A stretch of 63,989 bases of DNA, the filler included, from Octopus bimaculoides (taxonomy: Eukaryota), in NCBI RefSeq assembly GCF_001194135.2. It is 9 parts of 8 records of this genome, joined end to end, with 100 filler letters (N's around TTAATTAATTAA, not from the genome) between each part and the next. Parts side by side here need not be neighbours in the genome. Positions count along the whole stretch, not along the records: positions 25,563 to 38,086 come from NC_068987.1; positions 38,187 to 49,497 come from NC_068983.1; 7 more parts are not named here. One strand, written 5' to 3'. Numbering within the stretch: the stretch's first letter is position 1; the number at the start of each line of letters is the position of its first letter. Shown one piece after another: positions 26,139-39,025 of the stretch. The notes beneath the pieces were generated by a model that ran no database searches, had not been told where the DNA came from, and was given only the letters and a program-made list of their open reading frames with translations. The position numbers and the translations under genes were made by a program.

Positions 26139-26349
26139 TATTGGTTTCAAATTTTGGTACAAGGCCAGCAATTTCAGGGGAGAAGTTAAGTTGATTACAT
26201 CGACCCTAGTGCTCTGTTGGTACTTATTTTATCGAGCCTGAAACGATGATAGGGAAAGTCGACGTTGGCGGAATTTGAACTCAGAACATGAAGACGGACG
26301 AAATGCCTCTGAGCATTTTGTCCGGCGTGTTAACGATTCCGCCACTCTC
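26139..26349 (-). mobile_element. SINE family A, near full length
   Basis: Reverse-complement head, B-box-like GAGTTCAAATTCC, body and tail (GGCCTTGTACCAAAATTTGAAACCAAT). Confidence 0.8.
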
Positions 26350-26459
26350 AGAATTGTATAAATATTACTATTTGTACTTCAACTTTGTTTAGAGTTAATG
26401 GAATAGAAATTATCGATGTTTGGTTCTTGCACTATTTCATCAGTTAGTAAAACAAATGT

Positions 26460-26487
26460 ATCATCGTCATCATCATCATCATCATCA

Positions 26488-26533
<46 letters not shown>
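26460..26533 (+). repeat. (CAT)n(TAT)n microsatellite
   Basis: Directly visible. Confidence 0.95.
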
Positions 26534-26537
<4 letters not shown>

Positions 26538-27367
26538 TGCCACATAGAATAAGAGAACATATTATAGCACAGTTTTCATCATATACCAAAGTCAGAGAGA
26601 ACAATTTACGTATCATAGTATTTTTATTTATTTTTTCCTGCAAACATAAAATAGATAAGCTTACACTCGCTCACATGAAATATAATTACATTTATTCAAA
26701 AATTATATACAACTACCGAGATGCTTGTTCATAGTGATCATGTTACTTTTGTTTTCTCGTTCGCAGTTTTTGTTCTGTTTTGTTTGTTTGTTTGTTTTTG
26801 GGGTTTTTTTTTACCATATCTATGTACCAGTTATTGTATATAGAAAGCTAATCGTACTTGTTGGTAAACTAGTTTTGAGCTACTTCAGTGCATGTAGTAT
26901 CGGAAATTAAAACTGAATATATAAATGTTGTTTATCTACTTTTGTAAGTACATACTAAACTTTCCATCATGGTCTTTCGAAACAACAGTCTTTGATGCTT
27001 TTCAGATTCAGTTTATATTTCAAATAATTTTCTGTACAGTATCTTAGCTTGATACAAATCTCATTGATAGAAATGAATAGGCATAAAGTCGAAAATTTAT
27101 CACAGTAACAATTGTTGCATCTGTAAAACCTGCATTAAATTACACTCACTCAAAAAGCGACCAGACAGATGCGTTAGGATACCAACCACAATATTACAAA
27201 ACTCAGTGTTAAACAATAAATATAGGGACTCTTTGTACACATTAGTCAAACCAGCATGCATTCATTCTTTTATAACTTATTATATGATCAGCAAGTCGAG
27301 TGTAAAAATGAGTGGCGCCATACCAAATAACTATAATTGTTTTTACTGTAGACACAAAGCATGGAAT

Positions 27368-27528
27368 TTTGTAGATCGGAAGGAGGTCGATTACATCGGC
27401 TCCAGTATTCAACTCGTACTTATTTTAGAGATCTCAAAGGATAAAAGACAAAGTCAATCTCTGCGGTGTTTGAAATAGATGCCGCTAATCATTTTGTTCG
27501 GCGTACTAATGATTCTGTCCGCTCACCG
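27368..27528 (-). mobile_element. Old SINE family A remnant with an internal deletion
   Basis: GTCGATTACATCG..CAAAGTCAA..ATGCCGCTAA..CTCACCG. Confidence 0.6.
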
Positions 27529-28438
27529 AATTGAATGACGATATAATCCGATGTCATGAGGCATGTAAATGAACATGGAATCCCTATTTACTCAAAACAA
27601 CATTCTTTTTTCCATCTGCAACACCAGACTTTAAGAGAGTTGGAAAAAGAAATCTAATCTAGTATAATCCTCTGAGCAACATAGCTAATTCTACCAATGT
27701 TACCAGGAGTGTCATGACTTTTTCAGTATTTCCAAATATTCCAATAAACCTTTTGATTTTCATGAAGCTAAGATCAGCTTCCAGTACCGCGCGTTATAAG
27801 AAAAGCAAACAAACATTCATTTAATTCCCAGCTGCAGCTGCTGAAATCCTACCGCGTGTCCACTGAGACGATTGTACCTCTCGAAAACATTGTTCTGCAG
27901 ACACACCATTATACCGCCTGATACATCATGAGAAATTATACTGACTTGGTTACCAAGTTTTTCAAATGATGATATCCGCAGCACATATACTTCTTCAGAT
28001 GGAGGAAGAGTAATTTTCACCTCTTCTCACTTCATCTGAAGACCCTGTCATCACAGTAACAACTCACTAAACCCAACATCAAAACGAATGTTTATGTCAG
28101 TTATCAGCTTTACTTATCTGGAATTTAAATTTGTTACTTCTCTCTCAGCAAAAGACTGCATATACTCCAACTATTGTCGGCATCCATTCATAGAAAGATA
28201 GATATTCCATTTCGTTATCATAGGAGTTAGACTCTTTTGATGCATTCAAGACTTCAAACCTTGATAATTCCGACATATCACCTTAATTCTGGATATATTA
28301 TGCATGCAGCTTATAAAGGGATTATCGCCGACATTTTAATACTTCTCTGATCGAAGTATAACATCACAAACTATTGATTAAGTGGTATTAAAAGCCTACC
28401 AACTGAAGCTTTGTATACTTCTGTGTCAACACTTAGTT

Positions 28439-28518
<80 letters not shown>

Positions 28519-28545
28519 TTGTGTGTGTTTGTGTGTGTGTGTTTT
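28439..28545 (+). repeat. (GT)n microsatellite
   Basis: Directly visible. Confidence 0.97.
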
Positions 28546-28770
28546 GCACGCGCTCTCATGTGCGTGTATTTGGGTGCACACATGTTCACACGCGATTTTC
28601 GTTAAATAATTATGGTCAAAATTGAGTTTCCTGCCTTGGTTACCTGATCGGAACTCAAAATATGTTGACATTAAGTAAATAATATATAGGTATGTACGTA
28701 TATATCCATGTATGTCTGTCTGACTCTTTGTCTCTACATATGTATGTACGTATGTATGCATGTATATGTG

Positions 28771-28830
<60 letters not shown>

Positions 28831-29153
28831 AAATATGTCCCGCATTATGACAACGTAACTTCGTCGTCTGTGTGACTGGCCCGTACGGTGTACCTCGCAG
28901 ACTGACACTGCTTGTTGTATCTGTCCACTATTTATCAGCAGTGGAACAGCCCACTTCTCAATTGGGGATGTCCACTGCAACACCTCCCCGCTTTGATAAA
29001 TTTTTCATCTTTCATAAACATTTTTTCTTTCAGAATGCCGCAGGTAGTAACAGTCTATATTGTTTACCAGTAGTGGTACTAACACATAGTGTCCTGACTA
29101 AAATCCTTCAAACGGATTTTTATTAGTTTTCACCGTGTGTAGTTCAGTTCTTT

Positions 29154-29364
29154 GTTACAGTCCCAGTTTTATAAGACGGTTTTTTTCTTCGGAATCTTTT
29201 TTCAATAAAATTTATATATTTTTCACTGTGTTATTATTATTTTTTACTGTCTGTATTTTAGTTCCGTGTTGTAGTTCCAGTTTTATCAGACATATCTTTC
29301 TTCAGAATCTTTTTTCAATAGAATTTATATATTTTTCACTGTGTCATTATTATTTTTTTACTGT
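29154..29364. repeat. Diverged tandem duplication, period 114 bp
   Basis: 29154-29250 vs 29268-29364 share CAGTTTTAT..AGAC..GAATCTTTTTTCAATA.AATTTATATATTTTTCACTGTG..TTACTGT. Confidence 0.85.
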
Positions 29365-29365
29365 T

Positions 29366-30160
29366 CTAGCTCACTTCCGCAGTTTACAACAGTGCTTAGA
29401 ACGAAGGTGTGTAGCGTTTGATCGTCGCATGGACCATGACAGAGAAGGTTGTCATGGCGATACCTTCTCAGAGGCCTGCGCACAGTTGCAGAAAGTGTAT
29501 GGAAAGGTGTGTATGAGACGCACAAATGTCAACGAGTGGTTCAGATATATCCACGATGGCCGAAAAAGTGTCGATATTGACAAACGTTCTAGGAGATCTT
29601 CAACCAGGAGAACTGGTAAAATCATCGCATATGTGCATGCAGCTGTGGAGGGAAATCACTGACCCATCATCCGTGAGTTATCAGAGGGTGTGAAGATTAA
29701 TTACGGTTCTGTTCTCTCCATTATCACAGAAAATTTTGGTATGAGATGCGAGTCTACCACGTTTGCGCCAAAGCCGCTTTCAGCTGACCAAAAAGACATG
29801 TGTGTTTGGGTTGCACAAGATCTCCTTGATCGCGCTGAGATCGATGAAAACTTTTTGAAAATTTTACGTAGGGCTCTGAGCAGGTATCGCCAAGTTTTGA
29901 CAAAATTTAAAGCAGATTCTCTGCTCAACTTTCTCTTGTCTGTCATAGTCAATGAGATGACCACACACTACACAACGTCCTTCCAAGCACTGCTATAAAC
30001 AGCGGAGGTGAGCTAAAGCGTTAAAACTTAGTGCGGAAGTGAGCTAAAGCGTTCAAACAGAGCAGCGTTCAAAATCAATCTGCACCAAGTGGCTTTACTC
30101 TGTGTGTTTTAGCTTCGTTACTATGGCAACAGTCCGGATACTTATTGATCAGACCATGTA
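29366..30160 (+). mobile_element. Internally deleted mariner-like transposon
   Basis: Transposase N-terminus (EWFRYIHDGRKSVDIDKRSRRSST..H*..IRELSEGVKINYGSV..FAPKPLSADQK..DENFLKI) stops before the first catalytic Asp; the right end is AGTCCGGATACTTATTGATCAGACCATG-TA; 29367-29415 is an imperfect inverted copy of about 29963-30014. Confidence 0.85.
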
Positions 30161-33100
30161 TATGCACTTAAATATATATATTTATATATACATACATACA
30201 CACGCAGAGCGTTCTTCTGCTCAAAATCGACTCATAACACATAACACGTTGTCCTTTTGAGACTGGTAATGATGACATTTGGTGAAATAAGTGTAAAGAG
30301 GAAATTTAGTCGTTAAGAGACGTAACACGTATCCATCCATATACTCCTTCTAGCCAATTTGTGCTCGCACGCTTCTTCGTTTCACATAGCAATATGAATC
30401 ACGTTTAAACTAATTATAAAGAAACAGAATTCTCAGTGGCCTCATGTTTAAAAGTGTGCCATCTCGTATAAATCTATATGGTCAGTTAAACCATTAGCAT
30501 TTTACAGTAATATAAATAAATGTTTATTAAAGACACAATAACATATTTAAAAGATATTTTTCGTTAGGTATATGTACTTAATTGACAAATTCATAAATTC
30601 GACCTCCCGATTAAACAGGTTTTGTGCATTCACAAAAAAAAAAACACTGGGGAGAATAACACGAAAGAAATCGATAATTCAGAATTTGAGCTCATGCTCT
30701 AGAACTTTACATATTAAAAAATCAGTATTATTTTCCTTTAGATGTATAAGCTAATTTGTAGTTTGATACAAATGAGATTTGGATTATACAATGAGTCATT
30801 TTGGCGCTGCCTATTTGGCGTCGTTGATTTACGCTGACAGATTTGATATTGGTATGATTTGTACTCACAACCTAAAAGGATATAACTAAATACCGTTAAG
30901 TATTTTTTCTGAGTCCCCTAGGAGGTTCGGAACCTATTACTCTTATAGCTGTATGATAATGAAATTTCTAGCAGTGAAAAATTATATAAATTTTTATTGA
31001 AATATATCTTTATATTAACAAGCACAGCTTTGCTCCTAAGTCACCTGATTTTGAATCATATTTGCCACGTGATGTTGAATTATATTTGCCAAGTACAAGA
31101 GAAATTGTAATTGAATAATTGTGTTATATATTTGTGTTCAGTGGTAGATAATATAAAACTAACCTTCTACAAGGAAAACTCAAAACTTTGTCCATTCATT
31201 ACGTTATATCACTCGTTACTCATTGTATAACACTTGGACATAATATACAATGACAGCCGTAATTTGAATCATGTGATACTGTTGTGTTTGATGTAGAAGT
31301 TAATTCTCCGACAACTGTTCCATACATGATGATTTTCGTGTACATAATATAATTCCAACTGTTGTGTCATGTAACTAAGCGATTAGTTACTATAGAGATA
31401 AATTCCAGATATTTTGTTCCGTGCTAAATCGCGCGGCGGTATGCAAATGGCCATCAACAATGTACATATCGCTGTCACCATTGATTATTTCTAATATTAT
31501 TACAACGATGTCTCTCCGATTACAGATAACACTAAGGAATACAGTAAAGTTGTATATTTTTATGAGAAAACAAAGCGAAACAAAAATAATTTATCTACGG
31601 TGTTAAGCCTTATCAGATATCAAACAATTGCAGTTATCAATCGTATATTAGTGTTTCATGTCACTCTGACATGCAGTCATACTGACACGATACAATATTA
31701 TTATTAATATTTGATAAGACATGCATATTTTTTATGATTCAAATGTAATCGGATATTATCGAAGTGTTGTATTGCCATGAATAGGCGGTAAGAACGAAGC
31801 ACGTGATAAATTATCTGGCAGTTTAAGTTGTATCTATTTATATTCTAAATTCGATCCTACAGTGCTCAACTTCATTTTTTTTTTTATCATTTAACTAGAA
31901 AGAAAGATATTGCCTATGATGCTAGTGGGAGAGATAGTGGAACGTATCCACAATCCGGAAGTTTAACCCAAATGCTTGCAATGAATTAAATTCTGCAAAA
32001 GGCAGCCGGAATCAGAGGCGTGAATGTTAGACAAGGTAACCTGTTAAATCTACCACCCACATTGGCCACATTTTAACTCAAAAGGCGAAGAATACGAACA
32101 AACACCACAAGGTGTCAAGTCCGATGTTATTACGATTCTAATAATTCACAGCCTAAGCTTGATAACATTTTATTGACCTGGAAAAAATGAAAAGCAAAGA
32201 TAACTTCGACTGGATTTGAACTTATAGTGCTGAGTTTTATAACGAATGCCACGTAGCATGTTAGCTGATTACTGAAACAAATNNNNNNNNNNCATACATA
32301 CACACATAGATACATACATACATTCAATACATTCAATACATACATACATACATACATACATACATACATACACACATACGTTCATACATAAATGATGGCC
32401 GCCCACTCGTGACCGTGGAAAACAATTACTGACCTTTAGAAAGATTGCGCTCAAGACTACCTTATATTTTACACTTGCTGTCATTACCCCATCTATTGAG
32501 AGCGTGGAATGTAAAGACCGAATGACAGGTTTCGGTAGCATAGTGTCAATCACTGCTTCGTCCACAACTGACTCACAGTTTGGAAGTTCAGAAAAATGTT
32601 CAATGCAGCGACCCGTGATGTCTGTTGATTTAGTAAATAGAGTAAAAGAGTCCTTGGAAAGCAAAGGAGGTGATGCAGAGTTCTTCATAAGATGGTAAAG
32701 TTTCTTGCTGTCATTTGCATCAGCGGCAGCCTAAACATCACCACCAAGATCCTCCCACCAGGTATTCTGCATCTTCCTGACAGATCGCTGCAGTAGTGAT
32801 TTTACACTGCTGCAATGGGCTAATGCTAGATTTCCTCGCACCACTGAACGTCCTCTGTGCAGCAATACATTGTGGGCATGTTGTTTTGCGGCCAGCAGTC
32901 GCTGAAGTTCAGCATCGTTTTCATCAAACCAGTCTTTGTGTTTGGCTGTAGCATATCCCAGTGTTTCAGCAGCACATTGAAAAACCTGGTCTTCCAGATC
33001 TTCCCACACTGTAGTATTTTCAATGCTGGGTAAACGATTCTGAAGCTCTTTCCTCAACACAGTATTATATATCTTATGGACATTCAGACGCCGAAGAATG

Positions 33101-33286
33101 CCAACTGGCCCTCTTCTTTCATTCTGATCGTCATTAGGAAATTCGCTCGCACCAGGTTGTGGTCCTTTCAGCTCTCCGAACCTGAAAAGGACTTGGCATC
33201 ACAAATGTCATTGATGTCACGCTTGCGAATTAAGACATAATCCAACAAGTGTCAAACTTTAAACATTAGGTACATCCACGTTTACG

Positions 33287-33472
33287 TGGTAAAGTTTCTT
33301 GCTGTCATTTGCATCAGCGGCAGCCTAAACATCACCACCAAGATCCTCCCACCACGTATTCTGCATCTTCCTGACAGAGCGCTTCAGTAGTGATTTTACA
33401 CTGCTGCAATGGGCTAATGCTAGATTTCCTCGCACCACTGAGCGTCCTCTGTGCAGCAATACATTGTGGGCA
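33287..33472. repeat. 186-bp non-tandem duplicate of 32693-32878
   Basis: Four mismatches by eye; followed by a 14-bp tandem duplication CAATACATTGTGGG (33457-70 and 33471-84). Confidence 0.9.
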
Positions 33473-34769
33473 ATACATTGTGGGCATCGAATACTTGCGA
33501 TGTGAAATCCGTATTCCTCGCAAAGTTCCAGAAGCATGAGATCATTGCTATTCAACTTTTCTACAGCAAAACGTCAAGAGAATTCCACTTCTGCCAAAAT
33601 GTTCCAAGCCTGGCATTGAAATCCCTTAGTTGAATGACTTTATCAGAATTGGGGATTTTCCTAAGTATTGCTCTCAGCTGTGTATAGAAAATAGTTTTAT
33701 CTTCATCACAACTGGTCAAAGTCGGTGCATAGGCACTTATTGAAATAGCAAACCGCCCAATTCCCAGGTACAAACGTAGTCATTAGACGATCATTTATAG
33801 GAACAGGAAGTTCCTCCAACTTCTTAAGAAATTCAGATCGAACTGCAAAGCCAACACCACCCTCTTGGCGCTCATCCTTCGGTTTTTCCTTCGTAAAACA
33901 GGTGTATCCTCGTCCTACATCCTTAAGCTGATCATCACCTTCTACACAAGTCTCTGAAAGTGCAGCTATATCAGTGTTACAACGGTTCAGCTTGTGAGTA
34001 ACAAGTGCAGTGTGTCCTTCAGACCTACAGTCCTTCTTGTTATCGCACATTCCAACATAAAATATTCAAGCTCCAACCAGATTTCATAAGTATTCTCTGT
34101 GCTTTTCGAGCGCAGAATATACATCCGCCAGTCACGCTAAACTGACCACATAGAGAAAGACAGACAACTTTTCGTTCACCATTTCTAGAACCTCCCCGGC
34201 TTCCGGGTGAGGAGTGTCCTCCCTAAATGGAGCTGCTCAGACACCCATGCAGCAACCGATTCCTACCGCTGTCTTGGGCGACAAGGAGACGACTTTATGT
34301 CTAGAATGGGCCGCCTACGTGCAGGTCGCTGACTACATGCTTCCAATCCGTCAGGTCTGGATGCTTCGCCCCCTACCCATCGCCGCAGGACTTCTGAATA
34401 AAAATATATATAAACATATATCTATAGAAAAAAGGAGAGAAGTTATGCACATGTAAGGGAAAAATTCAGCAATGGCTGTGCAAAGTTTTAGGTCCAATAA
34501 GAGTTGCACGATACCTCATAGACCCTCTCCACTCTAACGACATTATCCAGAGACAACACGAGGCAAGATGTCTGGGTGGAGGCTCAGGGATGTGGGAGAG
34601 CCATGATCTCAAGCATAAGCAAAAGACCCAAAAAATATCCAACGCCATTCCCTGCATTTCTGGTTTTATATCACAGAAACCTTCTCCAAGAGATATGAGT
34701 CAACAAGAGCTAAGAGGTGCCTCACTCTCGGGGCTCATCCAGCACCTCAGATACCATCTCAGAATTTCT

Positions 34770-35001
34770 TATTTCTTTATTGCCCACAAAGGGCTAAACA
34801 TAGAGGGGACAAAAAGGATAGACAAAGCGATTAAGTCGATTATATCGACTCCAGTGCGTAACTGATACATAATTTATCAACCCCGAGAGGATGAAAGGCA
34901 AAGTCGACCTCAGCGGAATTTGAACTCAGAACGTAACGGCAGACGAAATACCGCTAAGTATTTCACCCAGCTTGCTAACGTTTCTGCCAGCTCGCCGACT
35001 T
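34770..35001 (-). mobile_element. SINE family A, full length, 14-bp target-site duplication
   Basis: ATCTCAGAATTTCT at 34756-69 and 35002-15; intact head, B-box-like GAGTTCAAATTCC and tail. Confidence 0.9.
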
Positions 35002-35815
35002 ATCTCAGAATTTCTGTGTTCCCGTACCTCTCAGAATTTCTGTGTACCCGTACTATTGTTAGATAGTCATTGAACCTGCACTAAGTCCACCCGGCCATTC
35101 AACAGGTCTTGTTTTTAGTCCTGCTGAATTTCTAGCAAACCTCCTCACCAGGTTAGCCTGGCAGGGGTGCCGGTTTAGTCGCCGACAGTCCGACCATGCT
35201 ACAGGTTGAACTGGATTCCATGTTACCAGTAGCACTCATCACAGCCTCGCTGGTGACCTGTCATACATACATACATACATACATACATATGCATACGTGT
35301 GTATGCGCGTGTGGGCGCGTTTGTATATAGTTCAAAGGTAAGAGCTGAATTTCTATGACCAACATTTTAGATGTTTGCTCAAAAGCAAATATGTATATAT
35401 ATATATGCATCATACAGGAACTTTAAAATTTCACCATATTGCACATGTATGTTGAAAACGTTAATTTTATTGTATGTTCTGCTTTAGGATGGGTTCCTGT
35501 TGATAAATATTTTATTGCGGTTATTTGTTTGTACCAACGTTTTGTCGAGTCAGTCATTTCTGATATATTATCAACTCTTGCATGCATTGCACGTTCAGAA
35601 AATGCTGTCACTTACTGATTCATCTACTTTGCTAAATGGACTTCTAAATTGATATAAAACACTTTAATGCCTAAAGTTGCATAACAAACTAAACCACTTA
35701 CATGTCTTATATGTTAAAATCCTCCAACTACGCAGTTTATACTGAAACGTAAATATGTATATATTTTTTATGGTATAACATACTGTATGCGTGTATGTGT
35801 GTGTGTGTGTGTATG

Positions 35816-35848
<33 letters not shown>

Positions 35849-37010
35849 GTATATGTATGTACGTATGTATGCATGTGTGTATGTAAGTACGTATGCATCT
35901 ACATACGAAAGTGGATGTGTGTTTTTTCTAGTCAAGTTCAATGATTCGATACATTTGCAATGGCACACATCGCATGGTTTTGATATCATTAACTATATCT
36001 TTTGCTATATTCGTAACGGTTCCTCAACCCTTGTACCTCACACTCCAGTGAGGTAATTCTGAATACTTCACTGTAAACTTTGTGAGTTTTATCAGTATAC
36101 TAAACATAAAAGCCAAACATATCTTCCTGCCACATATACCCTTCTGCCTTTCAATAAATTAAAAAGTCCGCCGCATGTTTTCTTACATATACTTATGAAG
36201 CCGAATGATCACAGAATAGTTTTACACATAACCTGCTCGATCTGTATTTATTAATATTACAATCACAAAGTGAAATTTTGCATCAGCTTTTAATGATATC
36301 AGGTCTTATCTGTATTTTATAGTTTCATAGAATCTTGTTTATCATACAATGATTTTGTATAACAAACCGGCATATAAGTTTTAACTACACTTTAAACATA
36401 TGTATTCTTAATCTTGGTATGGGTGCATTGTTTTAGTGTGTGTATGTGTGCATGTGTATATGTGTGCATTTTTCTGCATATATGTGTATCGTGTAGGTGT
36501 GTGTGTGTGTGTGTGTGTGTGAAAAACAAGGAATGGATTTCAAAAAACAAAGATTTTATACTCTAAAAATATGGAGAACGCCTCGTGTTTTTTTTTTCTT
36601 TTTTATCATAAACGAACATGAAAGCAAACGCTAATACATATATGTGACAAGAGGTTTTTACAGAGAAAGATATAGAACTTGTGTGAGTAGTTTTTAGCTG
36701 ATATTAATCAATATTCAAGTGGTGGCTGTGGCCGTCACTTTATTAATTTATAAGCGACATAATTTTGGGTAAAACGTGAATATACCAATACTGTATCCAA
36801 GGTTAAAAATACTATTTACTGTGTACTAATATTAAAAGCGGTGTATTGCTTATGATTTTCTGATTTATGATTTATGATAATACATTTCCATATTTAAGAG
36901 ATGAGAAATTATGTACATTATTTACATTATTTATATTAGTATGTGTATATGTGTGTATGTGTGCATATTTGTGCAAAAATGGGTATCGTGCAGGTGTATG
37001 TGTATCTTAC

Positions 37011-37262
37011 GGGCATATGGCGTAGTGCTTAACAGTGCGGGCTACTAGCCCCAAGATTCCGAGTTCGATTCCAGGCAATGACCTGAATACTACTACTACT
37101 AATAATAATAATAATAATAATAACATCGAAAAATACCTTAGGAATAAGAACCCAAGTTCGAAATTTCCCCAAGACACCGGATGAAGGCTGGAGGGTATAT
37201 CAGCCAAAACGTTGTGTGAACAACAAACAAGATGAGGACCAATATCCGTCAAATGCAAATAA
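37011..37262 (+). mobile_element. Composite element: tRNA-like Pol III head + (ACT/AAT)n + hammerhead tail (copy 1, core mutated)
   Basis: A-box TGGCGTAGTGC (37018-28), B-box GAGTTCGATTCC (37061-72), microsatellite, then a tail about 93% identical (9 differences in about 121 bp) to 59263-59383; core is CGGATGA/AAAA instead of CTGANGA/GAAA. Confidence 0.75.
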
Positions 37263-37340
37263 AGAAAATAATGTATGATTTATGAATTTTGATATTTGAA
37301 TAGCCAGTTATGTACAAATTGAAACACTTAAGTATATATA

Positions 37341-37517
37341 TATTATGATTGACCGTTGACTGAACACTATTTAATTTTTTTTCTCCGTGTTTTTCTCCTT
37401 GTCTCCGTATTCTTTCTGTTGAAGAGCGTAGCTCGAAACGTCAAAGACTTTCCGTATTCCCGAGCGTCATACTAATATATACTTTTGTTATTTACACCAC
37501 CTGTCCTCGTCTGTTGT
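37341..37517 (+). mobile_element. Penelope-like terminal repeat with hammerhead-like motif (copy 2; motif at 37411-37447)
   Basis: Near-identical to 37-213; same TCTTT-CTGTTGA-A-GAGCgtaGCTC-GAAA-CGTC-AAAGA. Confidence 0.6.
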
Positions 37518-37689
37518 TNNNNNNNNNNNNNNNNNNNNNNNNNNNNNNNNNNNNNNNNNNNNNNNNNNNNNNNNNNNNNNNNNNNNNNNNNNNNNNNNNN
37601 NNNNNNNNNNNNNNNNNNNNNNNNNNNNNNNNNNNNNNNNNNNNNNNNNNNNNNNNNNNNNNNNNNNNNNNNNNNNNNNNNNNNNNNNN

Positions 37690-37744
<55 letters not shown>
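37690..37744 (+). repeat. (GATA)n microsatellite
   Basis: Directly visible. Confidence 0.97.
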
Positions 37745-37799
37745 TTTTATAAGTCTCAGCTTGAGAACTGCACCCATACTGGGGCACTGCCGTCAGCTT

Positions 37800-38069
37800 T
37801 GAAAGACTTTCACTACTTGAAATCTCCTCAGATATGTAACATTTGGTGAATGAGTGAATTTGATGTTGCTACATTCATCTATGTTTCTTGCTGCAAGTTT
37901 GGCTGATCCGGACACATGACAACAAGCGTTCCACACCATGTAGATCTCTCACTTACAGCCACTCCCTTGCAGATCTCTCAGGTTTTTTCGGGAGATATTG
38001 GACAGTTGTGGGTTCTTGATATCCAAGCTGTTGCTTTACCTGGTCTTGTATTCTGATGGCGATGTTGGG
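37800..38069 (-). mobile_element. Possible highly decayed R4/Dong-like fragment
   Basis: AIRIQDQ...CHVSGSAKLAA loosely resembles the AAQDQ...H..SGC..LA region; weak. Confidence 0.3.
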
Positions 38070-38186
38070 ATATATATATATATATANNNNNNNNNNNNNN
38101 NNNNNNNNNNNNNNNNNNNNNNNNNNNNNNTTAATTAATTAANNNNNNNNNNNNNNNNNNNNNNNNNNNNNNNNNNNNNNNNNNNN

Positions 38187-38231
<45 letters not shown>

Positions 38232-38861
38232 CTAAGGTCAGTTGGTGTGAAGTTCAGATAATTTCCAGAGAAGCACTCAACCCGAATACCGGGCTATCAC
38301 AACTTTCGGGATGCTAGCAAAAGCCGGAATACTTCTGGTGCAGAAAATCCAAATTTTACGAATATTATACCGCCATGTGCATTGATGAAGAGTAATCAAC
38401 CCGATGAAAAAATGAAGACAAAGAGAATTCCTTAACAGATCTTTAATCATAAGTTATAAATGTTTCCGTACTCTCTCCACTTGCAACGCCAGTCTACGTC
38501 GAAAAATTGGCGGTTTTAGGCATTGGAGAGTCACTTCCTCGCACTTTCCCTGAAGGTGTACTATTATATCGTGCATCTATCAAACTTTATTGTTAGGAAA
38601 GTATCGGGAGGAAATAAAAATGTATCGGCTTGAAATTAAACGTGTGTAAGCGGGAGACTCTGGGGAAGATATTATGGTGGGGTAGGGATCAAGCGGGTGG
38701 TTACATATAATGAATAAAGGGAGAAAGGGAAGTGTGGGGAGATAATTTTTGTGTATACATGGCGTTGCAAATAGAGTTGGTACGGGAACACTTGTAACTT
38801 ATAATTAACGATGTGTTAAAGAATTTTCTTTGTCTTATTATCCTTGGTTTGTATCTCTTTA

Positions 38862-38948
38862 CTCTTTTGAACCCAGAACGTAAAGATGGACGAAATGTTG
38901 GTAAGCATTTCATTCTGTGCGCTAACGGTTCTGCCATATCACCGCCTA
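38862..38948 (-). mobile_element. SINE family A, head only
   Basis: TTTGAACCCAGAACG..GGACGAAATG..CTAACGGTTCTGCCA..CACCGCCT; lies next to (AAT)n at about 38970-39023. Confidence 0.7.
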
Positions 38949-38970
38949 AGATGATGCTGATGACGATAAC

Positions 38971-39025
<55 letters not shown>

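Larger units (their letters stand above)
32392..35262 (-). mobile_element. RTE-clade LINE: 5' UTR, apurinic endonuclease and linker; RT absent; SINE inserted in the 5' UTR
   Basis: TALVTHKLNRCNTDIAALSET, GGVGFAVR, INDRLMT, ISAYAPTL, DFNAR, MNSNDLMLLELC, HLLDYVL, KDWFDENDAEL; ends are approximate and both abut (CATA)n runs. Confidence 0.85.

Noticed and set aside
27690-28380. Coding-like composition
   Set aside because: All frames are interrupted and no motif is recognised.
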